In this document: piece after piece, positions 25,469 to 37,143 of the stretch
How positions within the stretch are numbered: position 1 is the first letter of the stretch
How the letters are laid out: every line of letters starts with the position of its first letter
Origin: Moniliella sp. 'wahieum'
Lineage: Eukaryota
DNA: 64,000 nt
NCBI GenBank assembly: GCA_003971905.1
Contig: RSEE01000075.1
Coordinates: 124,001-188,000, forward strand
Direction of reading: 5' to 3'
Position numbers and translations under genes: made by a program
The notes under the pieces: model-generated
Database searches by the model: none
What the model was told of the DNA's origin: nothing
Seen by the model: only the letters and a program-made list of their open reading frames with translations

Positions 25469-27835
25469 TTATGCCGAATCTTCCAAGAAGCGGTACTCGA
25501 ACCTTGGGAAGAGAAATGTGGAAGAGGTTAGTCGACAGGAGAGAAAGAGAGAGGAGAAAGGACAAAGGACAAAGGACAAAGGACAAAGAGAGAAAAGAGA
25601 GGAGGAAAAACAAAGACGTACCGGAACTCATTCTTTCGTCGTTGGACCCAACCGCCTTCCCAATCAAAGTAAACGTAAGTACCTACCTCGTACTCGTCGG
25701 TAATTTCGCTGGGCTCAGTATGGCGTTGGAACCAGGTAAGATAAAGTGTGTGAAAGCGCCATGACTGGCGCTTAAGTTCGCGCGCAGCAAGGTACTGGTG
25801 GTAAGTACCTTGTTGGTAATAGAAAATGAAGAAGAGCGTGTCCAGCTCCATCTTGCTGTACAGCTGCGGCGAAGAAAAGATAGGCAACGGCACTTGCGGG
25901 TAGTACGCTGGAGTAGGATACGCTGTCTTGGGCACGTACACTTGCGGTTTCTCACTGTCCAACGCGTCGGGCGCCATTTGCACACTGCTCTCCAACGCGC
26001 GCGCTACTTCCTCCCGCGGACCTGTGCCCAACAGCGCTGCGCGACAACCTGCCGTGTCAATCACCATCCTCGACTTGGACCAAAACCAAAACTAACGAAA
26101 ACAAAAGGAAGAGGAAGAAGAAGAAGAATAGAAAGAACGTACACGTTTGTTTGACTTGATCCAACGTGCCTGCCAGTCCGGCCAACGCAGGGGGGAGAGC
26201 TTCTCGGCGTGCGGGCGTAGGCAGCTCCTCTACTGCCGTGTTGGCCAATTGCTCCGTGACAGCCTGGACGTCTGCGTCGGTAGAGGCAGCAGGGGCAGCA
26301 GGGGCAGCAGGAGCTGCAGGAGCCGAAGCGGAAGCGGAAGCCGAAGCGGACGGGACCGACGGGGCCAAAGCGGCAGGGAGAGAAGGAGGCGCAGCCGGGG
26401 CGAGGGACAAGCCTGGGGGACCCTGTGGGCCCGGCGGGGCCAGTGGGTCCTGTACGGGCGAAGGCGGTTCGGCCGAAGCGGAAGCAGAGGTGGACGTAGC
26501 CGCCTGGCTTACCCGGCTCTCCCTCCGACCCAAAGGCGGCTCCGAAAGTGACTCGTCCCCGACGGTCGCGACGCTCGGGTGGGAGGAGTGGGTGCCCATG
26601 GCAGCAGCGGCGGCAGTAGCGTACCGGATCGGGGCAGGTTGGGCGCCGCGGCCGGTTTGGGAGGGGGCGAGACGCCGGGCAAAGCGGATTTGGTAAAGTT
26701 GGCAGGTGGGACGACGGTCTTGTCCTTTTCCAGGTCCTCCTTGGTGGGCGGTTTGGGCAGGTCCTTAGTAAGTTCCTTAGCGTCTTTAGTCTCCTTGTCC
26801 TTGCTTTCTTTCCGTTTGCTTCGTTTCTCCTTGACTGGGGTCGCGGGCTCGAGCTTGGGCTCCTCTTCTTTCCGAACTTTGATCTTCCCTGCTGGTTCGT
26901 CCACCACCGACGCACTCTCCAGTGACGACGCCGCTTCGTCGGCATCTTTCAAGCCAAACTTCTCCTCCTCTTCATCGAGGTTGAATTGATCGTAGATGCC
27001 TTCAAACTCAGACATGTCCTCCTCCTGCCCTCGGGTGGTCAGTTACCGCAGCACACACGTGACCTCCCCCACACGGACCGGTCGGCCAGGGGGGGGGGAG
27101 GCGAGAAAAGGGCGGGGGGGGGAGCACATACCGAATTCTTCTCGACAAAGTAGTCTACTTCATCTTTAATGTCGTCGATTTCCTCGGGTTCCAGCGTGCC
27201 GTTCTCGACGATGCGGAGGAGGAGTTCGAGTTGGTGGATGTGGTACCTGCGAGCGTCGTTCTGCGTCTCAAGAGCGGCGATACGTTCGTCCTTGTTGTGG
27301 CCGCCCTTGCGGGACTTTTTCGTAGTCGCACTCAACTGCTCCACCTCGGCCTCGGCAGCCTCGACCTGGTGAGCCAACTCGTCGACGTGGGTCGAGAGCC
27401 AGCTGGTCGCATCGAGTTTGGCGCGCTCGGCGGGGTCGAGTTTGGCGGCAGCGAGGCCTTCTTTGGAGAAGGCCTTGGTCTTCATCTCCTTCTCGACCGC
27501 CTTGAACTTTTCCATCTGGGTCTCGATCAGACGGCGGTTGTCGAGCAGGGCGGTCTTGTCTTTGATCTCGTTGGACTGGATCCAGGTGCGGATCTGGTCG
27601 CGGAGGCGCTGGAGCTTCTTGATCATGGTCTTGAGGTCGGACTCCATCTTTTCCTTCTGGGTCTGGTTGGTGGAGCTCTGGAGCTTGTCGTGGAGCGCCT
27701 CGAACTCCTCGACGCCTTCCTTGACGCGCTTGAGCGTGCGGTCAATCTCGGCTGGGGGGGGGGGGGGGGTCAGCATGCGGGGGAGCGGGGAGGCGGTGGT
27801 GGGGGCGGCGTACCTTGTAGCTTGCGCGCCGACAT
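25469..27835 (-). CDS. NOT3: CCR4-NOT complex subunit Not3/Not5
   Basis: MSARKLQ|AEIDRTLKRVKEGVEEFE (intron 27813-27752), QKEKMESDLK..IKKLQRLRDQI, KTKAFSKEGL. C-terminal NOT box DTLFFIFYYQQGTYHQYLAARELKRQSWRFH..GTYVYFDWE; last exon FEYRFLEDSA*. Confidence 0.96.
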
Positions 27836-28184
27836 GGTGGGCGACACGGACAGGCAATCGGCGGTGGTGGTGGGGGCGGATGGATGCGCAGCGGATGGAT
27901 GGCGGTCGAGGGAGGAGGCCTGAGATGGTGGGCCAGAAGAGTCCCCGTCCAGCCGACGCTGCCTGGGCCGCCCAGTGCCTGCCGCACGTGATCTGCGTTC
28001 CGCCTGTGTCCTTCCGCCCTGGGTTGAAATATTCACCCAGTCAATGTGCCACGTTTGACATTTCCGCACTCCGCCCCGCACAGGCCACACAATACTACAC
28101 TCACATTCACATTCTCAATCTCATCTCATTCTCCATCTCATTCTCCATCTCCATCTCCATCCATCCGCACCGCCCCCCACGCAC

Positions 28185-29752
28185 TCACTTCTGCCCATTG
28201 AGGATGGCCAGCGCGAGCGCCAACTCGCGCCGCGCCGTGTCCAGATCATCAAAGTCCAATGCCGACGCGGCGTACTTGGCCAACTTTTGCACCTGCGCCA
28301 CCTTGGACGGCGGCAAGCTGCTCGGCAGCGGCACCACCGCGGCTGGCCCCGCGGTCGCACGCTCCGGCGCCGAGGGCAGCAGGGGCGGCGCGGACGGTGC
28401 AGGTACGGAGCGTGGCACAGGCGCAGGAGCCGAAGGAGAATCAGCAGGAGTAGAAGTGGAAGTGGAAGTAGAAGCAAAAGTGGACGCAGGTGGACCAGGA
28501 GAAGTAACCGGGCTAGTAGGCAGCAGGGGGATCTGTGGCGCAGCCGGGAACGCAGGTGGGGCCAACGGGGCAGAAGGGAACGGGGCAGGGTCGAAAGTCT
28601 GCACGGGCGCCGAAGGCCCGGGCGGGGTAGGAAGCGGGCGGCCATGCGGGGTGTCATCCGCTAACCCTGCGTCTGCCGCTGGGAGGTCGGTCGTAGGCGG
28701 CGGAACGGGCAGCGGAGGACGTTTCTTGGGTGCATCAGCTGGGTCCGTGGGACCGATTGCAGGTGCCGTTGTAGGTGCAGGTGCAGTGGTGTTGGCAGTT
28801 GGGGTTGCGTTGGCGTGGGTGGTCAAAGGCGAGGCGGGGGGAGGTGCGGCACGGGGTGAGTGGTCGATCGGATCCCGGTTGGGATCGTCTGCATTTTCCG
28901 ATTGCGGCATCAATTTGTCCATTTCCCTTGCCAGGTCGGCCTCTTCGGCCGGGTCGAGTGGTCTCGCGTCCTGGTCCGGGTTTGGGTCGAGCAGGGCGAT
29001 GGTCTTGGACTCGGTCTCGGCCTCGTCCGCCTGGGCCTGGGCTACCGCCGCCTGGGCCTCCGCTACGGTCGCGTCGGTCTCGGCTTGCAGTGCGGATTCT
29101 GCCTCGGGGTCCCACCCGGGCGGGCCGGGCGAGGGTTTTCGTCCTTCGCGCAGGGCCTTGCCAATGTCGGCAGCTTTCCATTTGGCGTACTTGATCTTCT
29201 CGTCCGTATCGGGGGGCAGGCCGGCCTTGTCGGCGTCGGAGAAGAGGCGGAGGAGGTCGAGAAAGGTGGCCGAGGCAAGGAATGTGCGTGCGGTATTTCT
29301 ATGCCCCAGTGTTAGTGGTTTTTTTCCTGCAAAGAAAGAAAGAAAAAAGGGGAGAGAGGCAGGGGGATGGAGAGGAAGGACGTACCGGGTGGCCTTGCCC
29401 GCGCGATCCTCATTGTCGGCCTTGGCAAAGACGCCGAGGGCAAAGGCAGAGACGTGGCGGGCGGCGAGCTGGTTGTCGGCGACGAGGGGCGAGGCACGGA
29501 GCGCATCGGAGGCCTTGGCCTGCTCGAGGGCGCCAACGAGGGAGGCGAGCAGAGCGGCGGCGGGCGAGGGCGGGTGGATGCGCAGGCCGTCCTGGGCAGC
29601 GGCAAAAAGAGCAGCCAGTAGGCGATGGCGGGGTCGTGGGCGGCGACCTCCTTGGCGCGCTGGAGCGGGGCCTGGATGGGCTTGAGCTCGGGCGGGACGG
29701 CGGCGGGCGCGACGGCGGCCCAGGCGACGTCCGAGGCGGCGGCGGCGGCCAT
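28185..29752 (-). CDS. VTA1: Vta1/LIP5, Vps4 cofactor (ESCRT)
   Basis: MIT region VPPELKPIQAPLQRAKEVAAHDPAIAYW, FAKADNEDRAG, KIKYAKWKAADI; C-terminal VSL motif QKLAKYAASALDFDDLDTARREL. Intron 29385-29299; frameshift near 29600. Confidence 0.95.
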
Positions 29753-29910
29753 GGCGGTGGTGGGGGTTAGCCACTTAGCCACAGGGGCTGGGGGGTCAGG
29801 TGACGGGTGCTTACGCAAGGGCAGTCTGAAATGTTCAAGGACGTGCCCTCCTGCTTCCTTCTGGGACGGACTGCCCCCATCGGGTGGAGGTGGTGTACTC
29901 GCGAGCCGCC

Positions 29911-31269
29911 ATGCGCTGCTCGAGCCTCGCCGCGGCGGTCCTGCGCGCCGACACGCCGCTGGGCCTGCCGGCCTACCGCCACGTCGCGCCCCAGAGCGCC
30001 TCCGCGCTCGTCGCCGCCCCCTCGCACACGTCCAGCGCGCCATCCCGCCCTCGTCGCGCCCGGCCACGCGCCCCTCGCCCACCTCGCCCAGCACGCCTTC
30101 TCCGCGCCCGGCAAGGCCGTCCGGCCAACGATCGTGCTGCTCATGGCGCTCGCCACCAACGGCCTCAGCCCGCTCCCGCCCCACCTCCTCAACACGGACG
30201 TCGACACCCGCTCAGCCCGCCGTCCGTCCTGCTGGACCCAGCACCCGTCCCGCCCGTGCCGGCCAGTACAAACGCATTTGCAGATGCACATGCACATGCA
30301 CATGCAGATCAGGCCGCCGTGCTGTGGCCCAGCCAGCGTCGGCTCGCCCAGATCGCCGAGGTGATCCATGTTGCGACGCTGTTGCACGACGATGTGATTG
30401 ACGGCGCGCCGATGCGGCGTGGGCAGGCGAGTGCGCCCGCTGGGTTTGGCAATCGGCGAGCGATTTTCGGGGGCAACTTTTTGCTCGGCCGAGCGTCGGC
30501 GGCGTTGGCGCGCCTGCGCGCGCCCAATGTAGTCGAGCTGGTGGCAACCATCATCGATCACTTGGTCGAGGGCGAACTGATCCAACTGCGTTCCCAGGCC
30601 GCAGGAACAGCAGGCGCTCGCGCTCCGTCCAAGCCACCATGGAGGATGCCGTCCCTTTCGACCCCCAGTCTTCCGTCCACCGCCATGGACACCGACATGG
30701 ACACACCCAGCGGTGGTCCGAGCCAAGCCCGCTTTGACGAGTACCTCGCCAAGACCTATCTGAAGACGGCTGCGTTGATTGCCAAGTCGGCGCAGGCGGC
30801 GACCATGCTCGGAGGGCACTGTACTTCCTTTTCAGCGTACCTGACCGAGGCCGAGCAAGCACGCAGCACGCAGATCCGTGAGGCAGCGTTTGAGTATGGC
30901 AAAAACCTCGGGATCGCGTTCCAGTTGATTGACGATGTGTTGGATGTGCGTGCGACCGAGGCCGAGTTTGGCAAGCCGTCGGGCGGGGCAGACTTGCGCT
31001 TGGGACTGGCTACGGGCCCGGTACTGTTTGCGTGGCAACGCTTGCCCGACTCGCCCCTCGGCACGCTCGTCCAACGCAAGTTCCAGCACGAAGGCGATGT
31101 CAAGTTGGCGTTGGAGTTGGTGGCCCAGTCGGACGGCGTGCAACGTACGGCCCAGCTGGCTCAGCAGTACGTTACCCGCGCCACCGACGCGCTGCTCATC
31201 CTGCCTCCTACCCCGGCGCGCGACGCACTCATCGCGCTCGCCACGTCGCTGTTGCAGCGCGCCAAGTAA
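29911..31269 (+). CDS. COQ1: trans-Polyprenyl diphosphate synthase (ubiquinone side chain)
   Basis: GKAVRPTIVLLM (alternate frame), EVIHVATLLHDDVID..RRG, YLKTAALIAKS, LGIAFQLIDDVLD: both DDxxD motifs present. Compensating frameshifts in the 5' part. Confidence 0.95.
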   Translation: MRCSSLAAAVLRADTPLGLPAYRHVAPQSASALVAAPSHTSSAPSRPRRARPRAPRPPRPARLLRARQGRPANDRAAHGARHQRPQPAPAPPPQHGRRHPLSPPSVLLDPAPVPPVPASTNAFADAHAHAHADQAAVLWPSQRRLAQIAEVIHVATLLHDDVIDGAPMRRGQASAPAGFGNRRAIFGGNFLLGRASAALARLRAPNVVELVATIIDHLVEGELIQLRSQAAGTAGARAPSKPPWRMPSLSTPSLPSTAMDTDMDTPSGGPSQARFDEYLAKTYLKTAALIAKSAQAATMLGGHCTSFSAYLTEAEQARSTQIREAAFEYGKNLGIAFQLIDDVLDVRATEAEFGKPSGGADLRLGLATGPVLFAWQRLPDSPLGTLVQRKFQHEGDVKLALELVAQSDGVQRTAQLAQQYVTRATDALLILPPTPARDALIALATSLLQRAK

Positions 31270-33012
31270 CCAGTAACCTCCTCTCCTCAGCCGCGGAGTC
31301 CCTCTTGCAATGCACAAAATAAATGTACCGAGCAACCAGCAGTGCAGCAGCAGCCCCAATCCGGGGGTACCCAGGCCCCACCGCAGTCGTAACTTGCTTC
31401 TCTCTCTCGGCAACGAACGAACCCCAATAGAAAAGAACAGACAGATAGTACACGTCAGGATTCAGGCCTTCACACTACCGTCGACCCGACAATGCAGCAA
31501 GACACACAAACGCAGAACGCAAAACGCAGCAGAAGAGAGAAGCAATGAAACGATATATACATACTAAAGAGAGACTCGAAAAGGAGACGCCGGGCATAGA
31601 GAGAGAGAAAGAGAGAGAAAGGGGACTCAGGGAATTACGAGAGCGTGCAATCTCACTCAAGCAAGAGCAAGGAAAGGGCGCGAGGGTCCGCGTCCCAGCA
31701 CCGGTCGATCTGGGGAGGTGGGATGTACTAAGTAGGCAGTACCACAGCATACGTTGGGGGGTATGCAGTTTGGTATGCAGTAGGCCATTCATAGCTGGTG
31801 TGCCAAGGCCACAAAACGTGCGACAACCCACCCTCGACCGGGCCTACCCGTATCTATAAAGAAGAGAAGAAAGTCCATATCTACAGGAGCCTCTTGCACT
31901 GATGGACGGAGGCGGGAGGGATGGGTACCCCCTGGAAAACTTTGGGACCGAAGGGGTGTGCGGTACCTAGCATGCTAGTAGTACAGGTAGCGTATATGTG
32001 TGCCCTTCAGATCAGAGGGGAATGCAATTCAATTGTTGTGAGACGCCGGCGAGGGGAGCTGTAAGCTGTGAGCTGTACTATATATAAGCGGCCGGAGGGA
32101 AATTGAGGTACCTATACTATACGTGGGATCTGTCGGTTTGGTAGTCTTCTCTCGGGCCATGGACATGGACATAGACATGGACTCGGACCACAACTGTACA
32201 CCCCAGCGGGGTTGGACACAGACAGCGCCGCAGGAAGGGGAAACAGGTACGGACAGCGAGAGGGCTACGTCAGGACGCATCAAAAGGAGAGGAGAGGAGA
32301 AGAGGGACGGAGTGAAGTATAGTGGAGTGGAGTGGAGTGGAGTGGGGTGGAGTGGAGTGGAGTGGAGCCTAAGGACGGTTCAAAGTAGGAAGAGGAGATC
32401 AACCTGCGCGAGCGAAAGCGATGACGGTGGTATGACCCCAAAAACACTGCAGGGAGAGGTGGGAGAGACCCTCATGGGATCATCCCTAACCGCTCTCACA
32501 GAACCAGGAGGAGCATATACCCACGAACGAAGAAACCGGAAGAGCGGACGAGAAAACGGAGGGTGCATCGGCTCGGAGTATAGCAGCACAAGTATAGCGT
32601 TAGTTGCTCCTCTCGACAGTCATCGCCGTGTCGAGCGAGGTTCTAGGTACGAAGCGCTGAGGAGCGTGCTCTCGGTGTAGTGCGAGCAGCGATACGCCCC
32701 CCAAAATGGGGTCACCGATACCAAAACGTAAAAGAAACAAAACGAAACGAACAGAAAAGAAACTCAACCAGGAGGAACCAAGAAGTACAGGGGGTCGGTA
32801 TGGAAGAGCGAAAGGAGGCCATTTAACCCTGGACCGTGCTGATGATGGGTTGAACGTGATGATGAGGTACGAGGTACAAACGTATAAACAAGGTAGTGGC
32901 GCGCATTCCACAAGAGACGAGGCAGGGTAGGAAGCAGAAAGAAAACGCGCGCGCTACAGAATGAGAACCTTAGTAGAATATCAGATCGAATCAGATCGAC
33001 ATGTGACCGTTA

Positions 33013-34580
33013 TTAGGCCGTCTTGTGTTTGGTGCTGCGAACGGTGAAGAACTCCACTTCCTTGCCCACGCCGCGTCCGAGCGCGGACCACATGTCCGTC
33101 CAGATCAAGTGCCGAGGGCGCCACGGTCCGCGCGACCCAGCGGCAGGGAACAGGTGGGCAGCACGCAAGACAAAGCCCGACTTGATAGGCAAGAGCGGTA
33201 CGCGTCGTACCACCCCTCCTCCTCCTCCTCCTCCTGAGGGTCCACTGTTCCTCCCTCCCTGAACTTGGTTTTGCGCCGCGATTTTCGGAGCACGGACCAC
33301 AAACCCATCTGACTTCTTCTGCTCGGCCGCGCACAGTAACCGACACATGTACCGTGCACTTAAGTTGGTTGCCATGGTCCAGGTGGCCAAGGTGTATCCC
33401 ACGGCGACGCCTGCGTTGGGCAGGTCGGAAACGAGGGTGCCTTGGTACATCATGCAGTCTGGGACGGCGACCGGTTGGCCATCGATGCTCACCCCTGCTC
33501 CACCGAGGAGGGAGATGGAGAAGCCCGTGGCGGTAATGACCAGGTCGGCCTCTACTTCCTGTCCGTTGACCACGAGGGAAGTAGGTGTACAATCGTCAAT
33601 GGTGCCAGTGACGATGGACGCTTTGCCCGACCGCAGTGCGTCAAAGAAATCGCCGTCGGGGGTGATGCACATGCGCTGTTCCCACGGCTTGTAGGGCGGA
33701 TCAAAGTGCGGGTCGAGCGGGATGTGGGGGGGAAGTTGACGCTGGACTTGGCGACGGAGCAGGTTACGTGTAAATGTAGGAAAGGTAAGCGAGACAAAAA
33801 TAAACAGATAAGTCAACGCCGTATTGAGCCACTTGTTGCACCACCAAGCCCACCGCGTCGGAAGCAGACGGTACAGCACTCGGGCCTCGGGCGAGGTACG
33901 CGGGAGCGAAACGTAGTACCCGGGCGTACGTTGGAGGAGCGTGACGTGCGCCGCGTCCGGGACCAAGTTGGGCAAGAGCGTGGTCGCCGTCGAACCCGAC
34001 CCGATCAGTACTACCTTCTTCCCACGATAGTCCAACTTTTCCGGCCACGACTGGGGATGAACAACAGGGCCTTGGAACTTGGTTAGTCCCGGGATCGGCG
34101 GCCGATGGGGCTCCTTGTAATCGAAAAAGCCCGTGGAAAAGTAAATGTACTGAGCGCGCAGCGTCTTGGTCGGCGCATCTTGGCCCTCAGCCGCATTCGC
34201 ATTCGCCACCGTCAACGTCCACCGGCCCAAGGTCCAATCCCACGCCGCATGCCGCACTTGCGCATGCAGGTAAATCTTGTCGGCCAACTGCTCGGCCTGG
34301 GTGGCGGAAGAGATATGGTCTAGGATCTCGGCGCCAGTCGCAATCGCCCGGGCGAGGCCCAGGGAAACCACGACATGCCATAACTAAACATATCCGAGTC
34401 GCTGCGGATGCCAGGGTACGTGTGCTGGGACCAGGTCCCACCAATCTCGTCCCGCGCTTCGAGCACAACAAAGCACTTGGACGTGCGGCGCTGCACTTGC
34501 CGCGCCATGTCGATCCCGGCCAGGCCGGCGCCAATGATCACCACCTCCTCGTCGCGCGGCAGGTCGGCAAAGTCGGGCAT
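33013..34580 (-). CDS. FAD-dependent Baeyer-Villiger monooxygenase, EthA-like
   Basis: IIGAGLAG, GGTW..YPGIRSDSD, BVMO fingerprint FQGPVVHPQSWP, IGSGSTA, LQRTPGY, PWEQRMC, ITATG. No intron seen; one frameshift near 34370. Confidence 0.93.
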
Positions 34581-35284
34581 TGGGGAAAGTAGGGTGGGGG
34601 GGGGGGAGATGAGGAGGAGGGACTGAGGAGGTGGAGAAGAGTGCTGTTTTATAGTAGACCGAGAACATGATGCCCCTCCCCGTCTCCTTGCTTTTGCGCA
34701 TGCCTGGGCGGCGGTGGCGGTGGCCACCACCCCACCGGTTGTGTGGCTCGGAGACAAGCAGACAGAAAGCTCGCTGCGTAGTACTGCTCACTGCGACGCT
34801 CGACTTGCATCACTTTCTAGTTATGTCTGCCTTAACCTAATCCAACCTCCTTGCCGCCCACCGACGCCGCCCCCGCCGTCTTTTCTCCGCCTCATCCATC
34901 CGGGCCCGCTCATCCATCCTGTTTGTTGGATGGGCCATTAGTACTCTGTCGGAGCATCTGCGCCCTCCAGCCCGGAACGCGCATCGATTGCTTCGGTGCT
35001 TACTTGCCATTGCTACTTAGGAGATTATATGGACACTGCCGCTGTTGCTACTGCTACTAATAATACTACCTGGCGCACGGCCCACCCTTTCCGCCCCAAT
35101 TGGGAGAAGCACATCACATGTTTGGACCACAGAGTACAAGAACATCCGCTCCAAGGAGCACCACACCGCGTGCTCGTGTCGTATCACAACCGTCGTCGCG
35201 CTGTACCCGAACATACGCGGCAGGGGGAATTAGGAGGGACGCACGGCACGCAGGGCACGCAGGCGGGCAGGCAGAGCAAAGACA

Positions 35285-36812
35285 CTAGGTGAGCAGACGG
35301 GTGAGAATGTTGGCCGGGGTGCGGGAGATGCGTTTGTAAATGTCGGCCACCTCGCTTTCGGACACGTCCGAGATGTCGGCCATAAGGTAAGCGATGCCCT
35401 GGCGGGAATCGGTGTGTTGCTTATCGACATTGTGCGAGCCGAGGATCTCATTGACGGCGCGCAGCGAGCCAGGCTGGTTCTGGTGCACGTAGCAGATCCG
35501 GATGGCGCGTGTCTCGGCCTCGGTAATCGCACGCAAGTCCACTTCGGGAAAGTTGACTGAGCCCAAGGACGAACCAAAGTTGAGGTAGCGCGTTAGGGCC
35601 GACGCCACCTCGAGCCCAATCATCTTTTGTGCTTCCTCCGTCGACCCACCAATGTGCGGGTGAGAATGGTGTTGCGGCACGCACGCAGACTCTCGACCCA
35701 AGGGTTGAGCGCATTGGTAAAGGTGTCCTTACCGTTCCCAGCCGGTTCTTTGGGGAACACATCCACCGCCGCTCCGCCCAGCTGGCCCGACTGCAATGCC
35801 GCCACCAGCGCCGGCACATCCACCACCGTACCGCGCGCATTGTTGAGGAAGTACGCACCCTTTTTCATCGCAGCAAATTGGTCGTGGCCAAACATGTTAC
35901 GCGTATCGGGCAGGTCGGGCACGTGGACCGAAACGAAATCAGCCACTTCCAACACGTCAGCCAACGTGTCCAGTTGACGTGCCGTGCCAAGCGGCATGAG
36001 CGGCAATACATCGTAGTACACCACTGCCATGCCCATGCTCTCAGCCAAGACGGAGAGTTGAGAACCAATGTGGCCGTAGCCGACAATGCCGAGGGTTTTT
36101 CCGCGGATCTCAAAGCACTGCTTGGACACCTTGTTCCATTCGCCGGCCTTGAGCTCGCCCACCCGGTCGGTCAATTGGCGCGACAGGGCAATGATCTCGC
36201 CAATGACCAGTTCGGCGACCGAGCGCGAATTGGCAAACGGCGAGTTGAACACCACGATGCCGCTCTTGGCTGCGGCGGCCAGGTCGACCTGGTTGGTACC
36301 AATGCAGAAGCAGCCGACGGCGAGCAGCTTGGTCGCGTGCCGAAACACACGCTCCGTCAGCTTGGTCTTGGAGCGGATGCCAATCACATTGTACTCGCCA
36401 ATCTTGGCGCACAGCTCGTCCTCGGACCAGGCCTTGGAAAAGTAGTCGACCTGGAACCCCTGCTCGCCAGGATCTGCACCGCGCCCTGGGACACGTTCTC
36501 GAGCAGCAGGATGCGGATGTCGCCAGCGTTGAACTGGGTGAGGAGGCGGGGGGCGCTGTGGCCGAGGGGCCAGACACACTGCGGTTGCCGTGGGCGGCGG
36601 CAGGGAGCGGCAGGGGGATGGCGTGGGCGAGCGGCGGGCTGCTGGGGCTGGTGGAGAGCTGGGCGTACGAGTCAACGTCGCTGGCGCCGACCTGGCGCGC
36701 TGCTGGCTGGCGAGGATGGCGGAGAAGGAGCCGGGGGGAGGGCGAGCGGCGGCGAGGTGGAGAAGCCGACGCGGTGGAACGCCTGGGGGTGGTCGTCGCG
36801 CTCGGAGGCCAT
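35285..36812 (-). CDS. SER3: D-3-phosphoglycerate dehydrogenase (Ser3/Ser33)
   Basis: IGIRSKTKLT, GCFCIGTNQVDL, NSPFANSRSVAELVIGE, GIVGYGHIGSQL, NNARG, PHIGGSTEEAQ and C-terminal ACT domain (HQNQPGSL). Frameshifts near 36500 and 35660. Confidence 0.96.
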
Positions 36813-36924
36813 GGTGGTGGTGGTGGGCGGTGGGACGCCCCAGGTGGGAGCATACAAGTCGCCTGCGAAGGTGTCTTCCGCCGGGGCGGAACAGGGCGGA
36901 AGCACAAGTTTCCGCCGCGCCGCC

Positions 36925-36936
36925 GCTGACGTCAGC
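36925..36936. promoter_or_regulatory. CRE/ATF-type palindrome GCTGACGTCAGC upstream of SER3
   Basis: Perfect 12-bp palindrome with a TGACGTCA core, about 110 bp upstream of the SER3 ATG. Confidence 0.5.
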
Positions 36937-37143
36937 TGCCCCACCCAGCCGAGCGGACAAACAGCGGTCGGCATTTACCCATCCGGCCATCCTCTCCATC
37001 TCCATCCTCCATCTCCATCTCCATCTCCATCTTACATCCCCATCTCCATTCTCCCCATCCCCATCTATCCTCCCCATCCCCATCATCTCCATCCGTAACT
37101 GCATCTCCCCATCCGCAGCGCAACCCTCATAACCCATCCCGCC

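Noticed and set aside
27231..29685. Long plus-strand ORFs (230 aa and 755 aa) as overlapping genes
   Set aside because: Antisense shadows of NOT3 and VTA1 caused by high GC at third codon positions. The same applies to 35629-37098 and 58784-60926.
31300..33000. Short ORFs between the convergent COQ1 and BVMO genes
   Set aside because: Low-complexity, purine-rich sequence with no protein motif.
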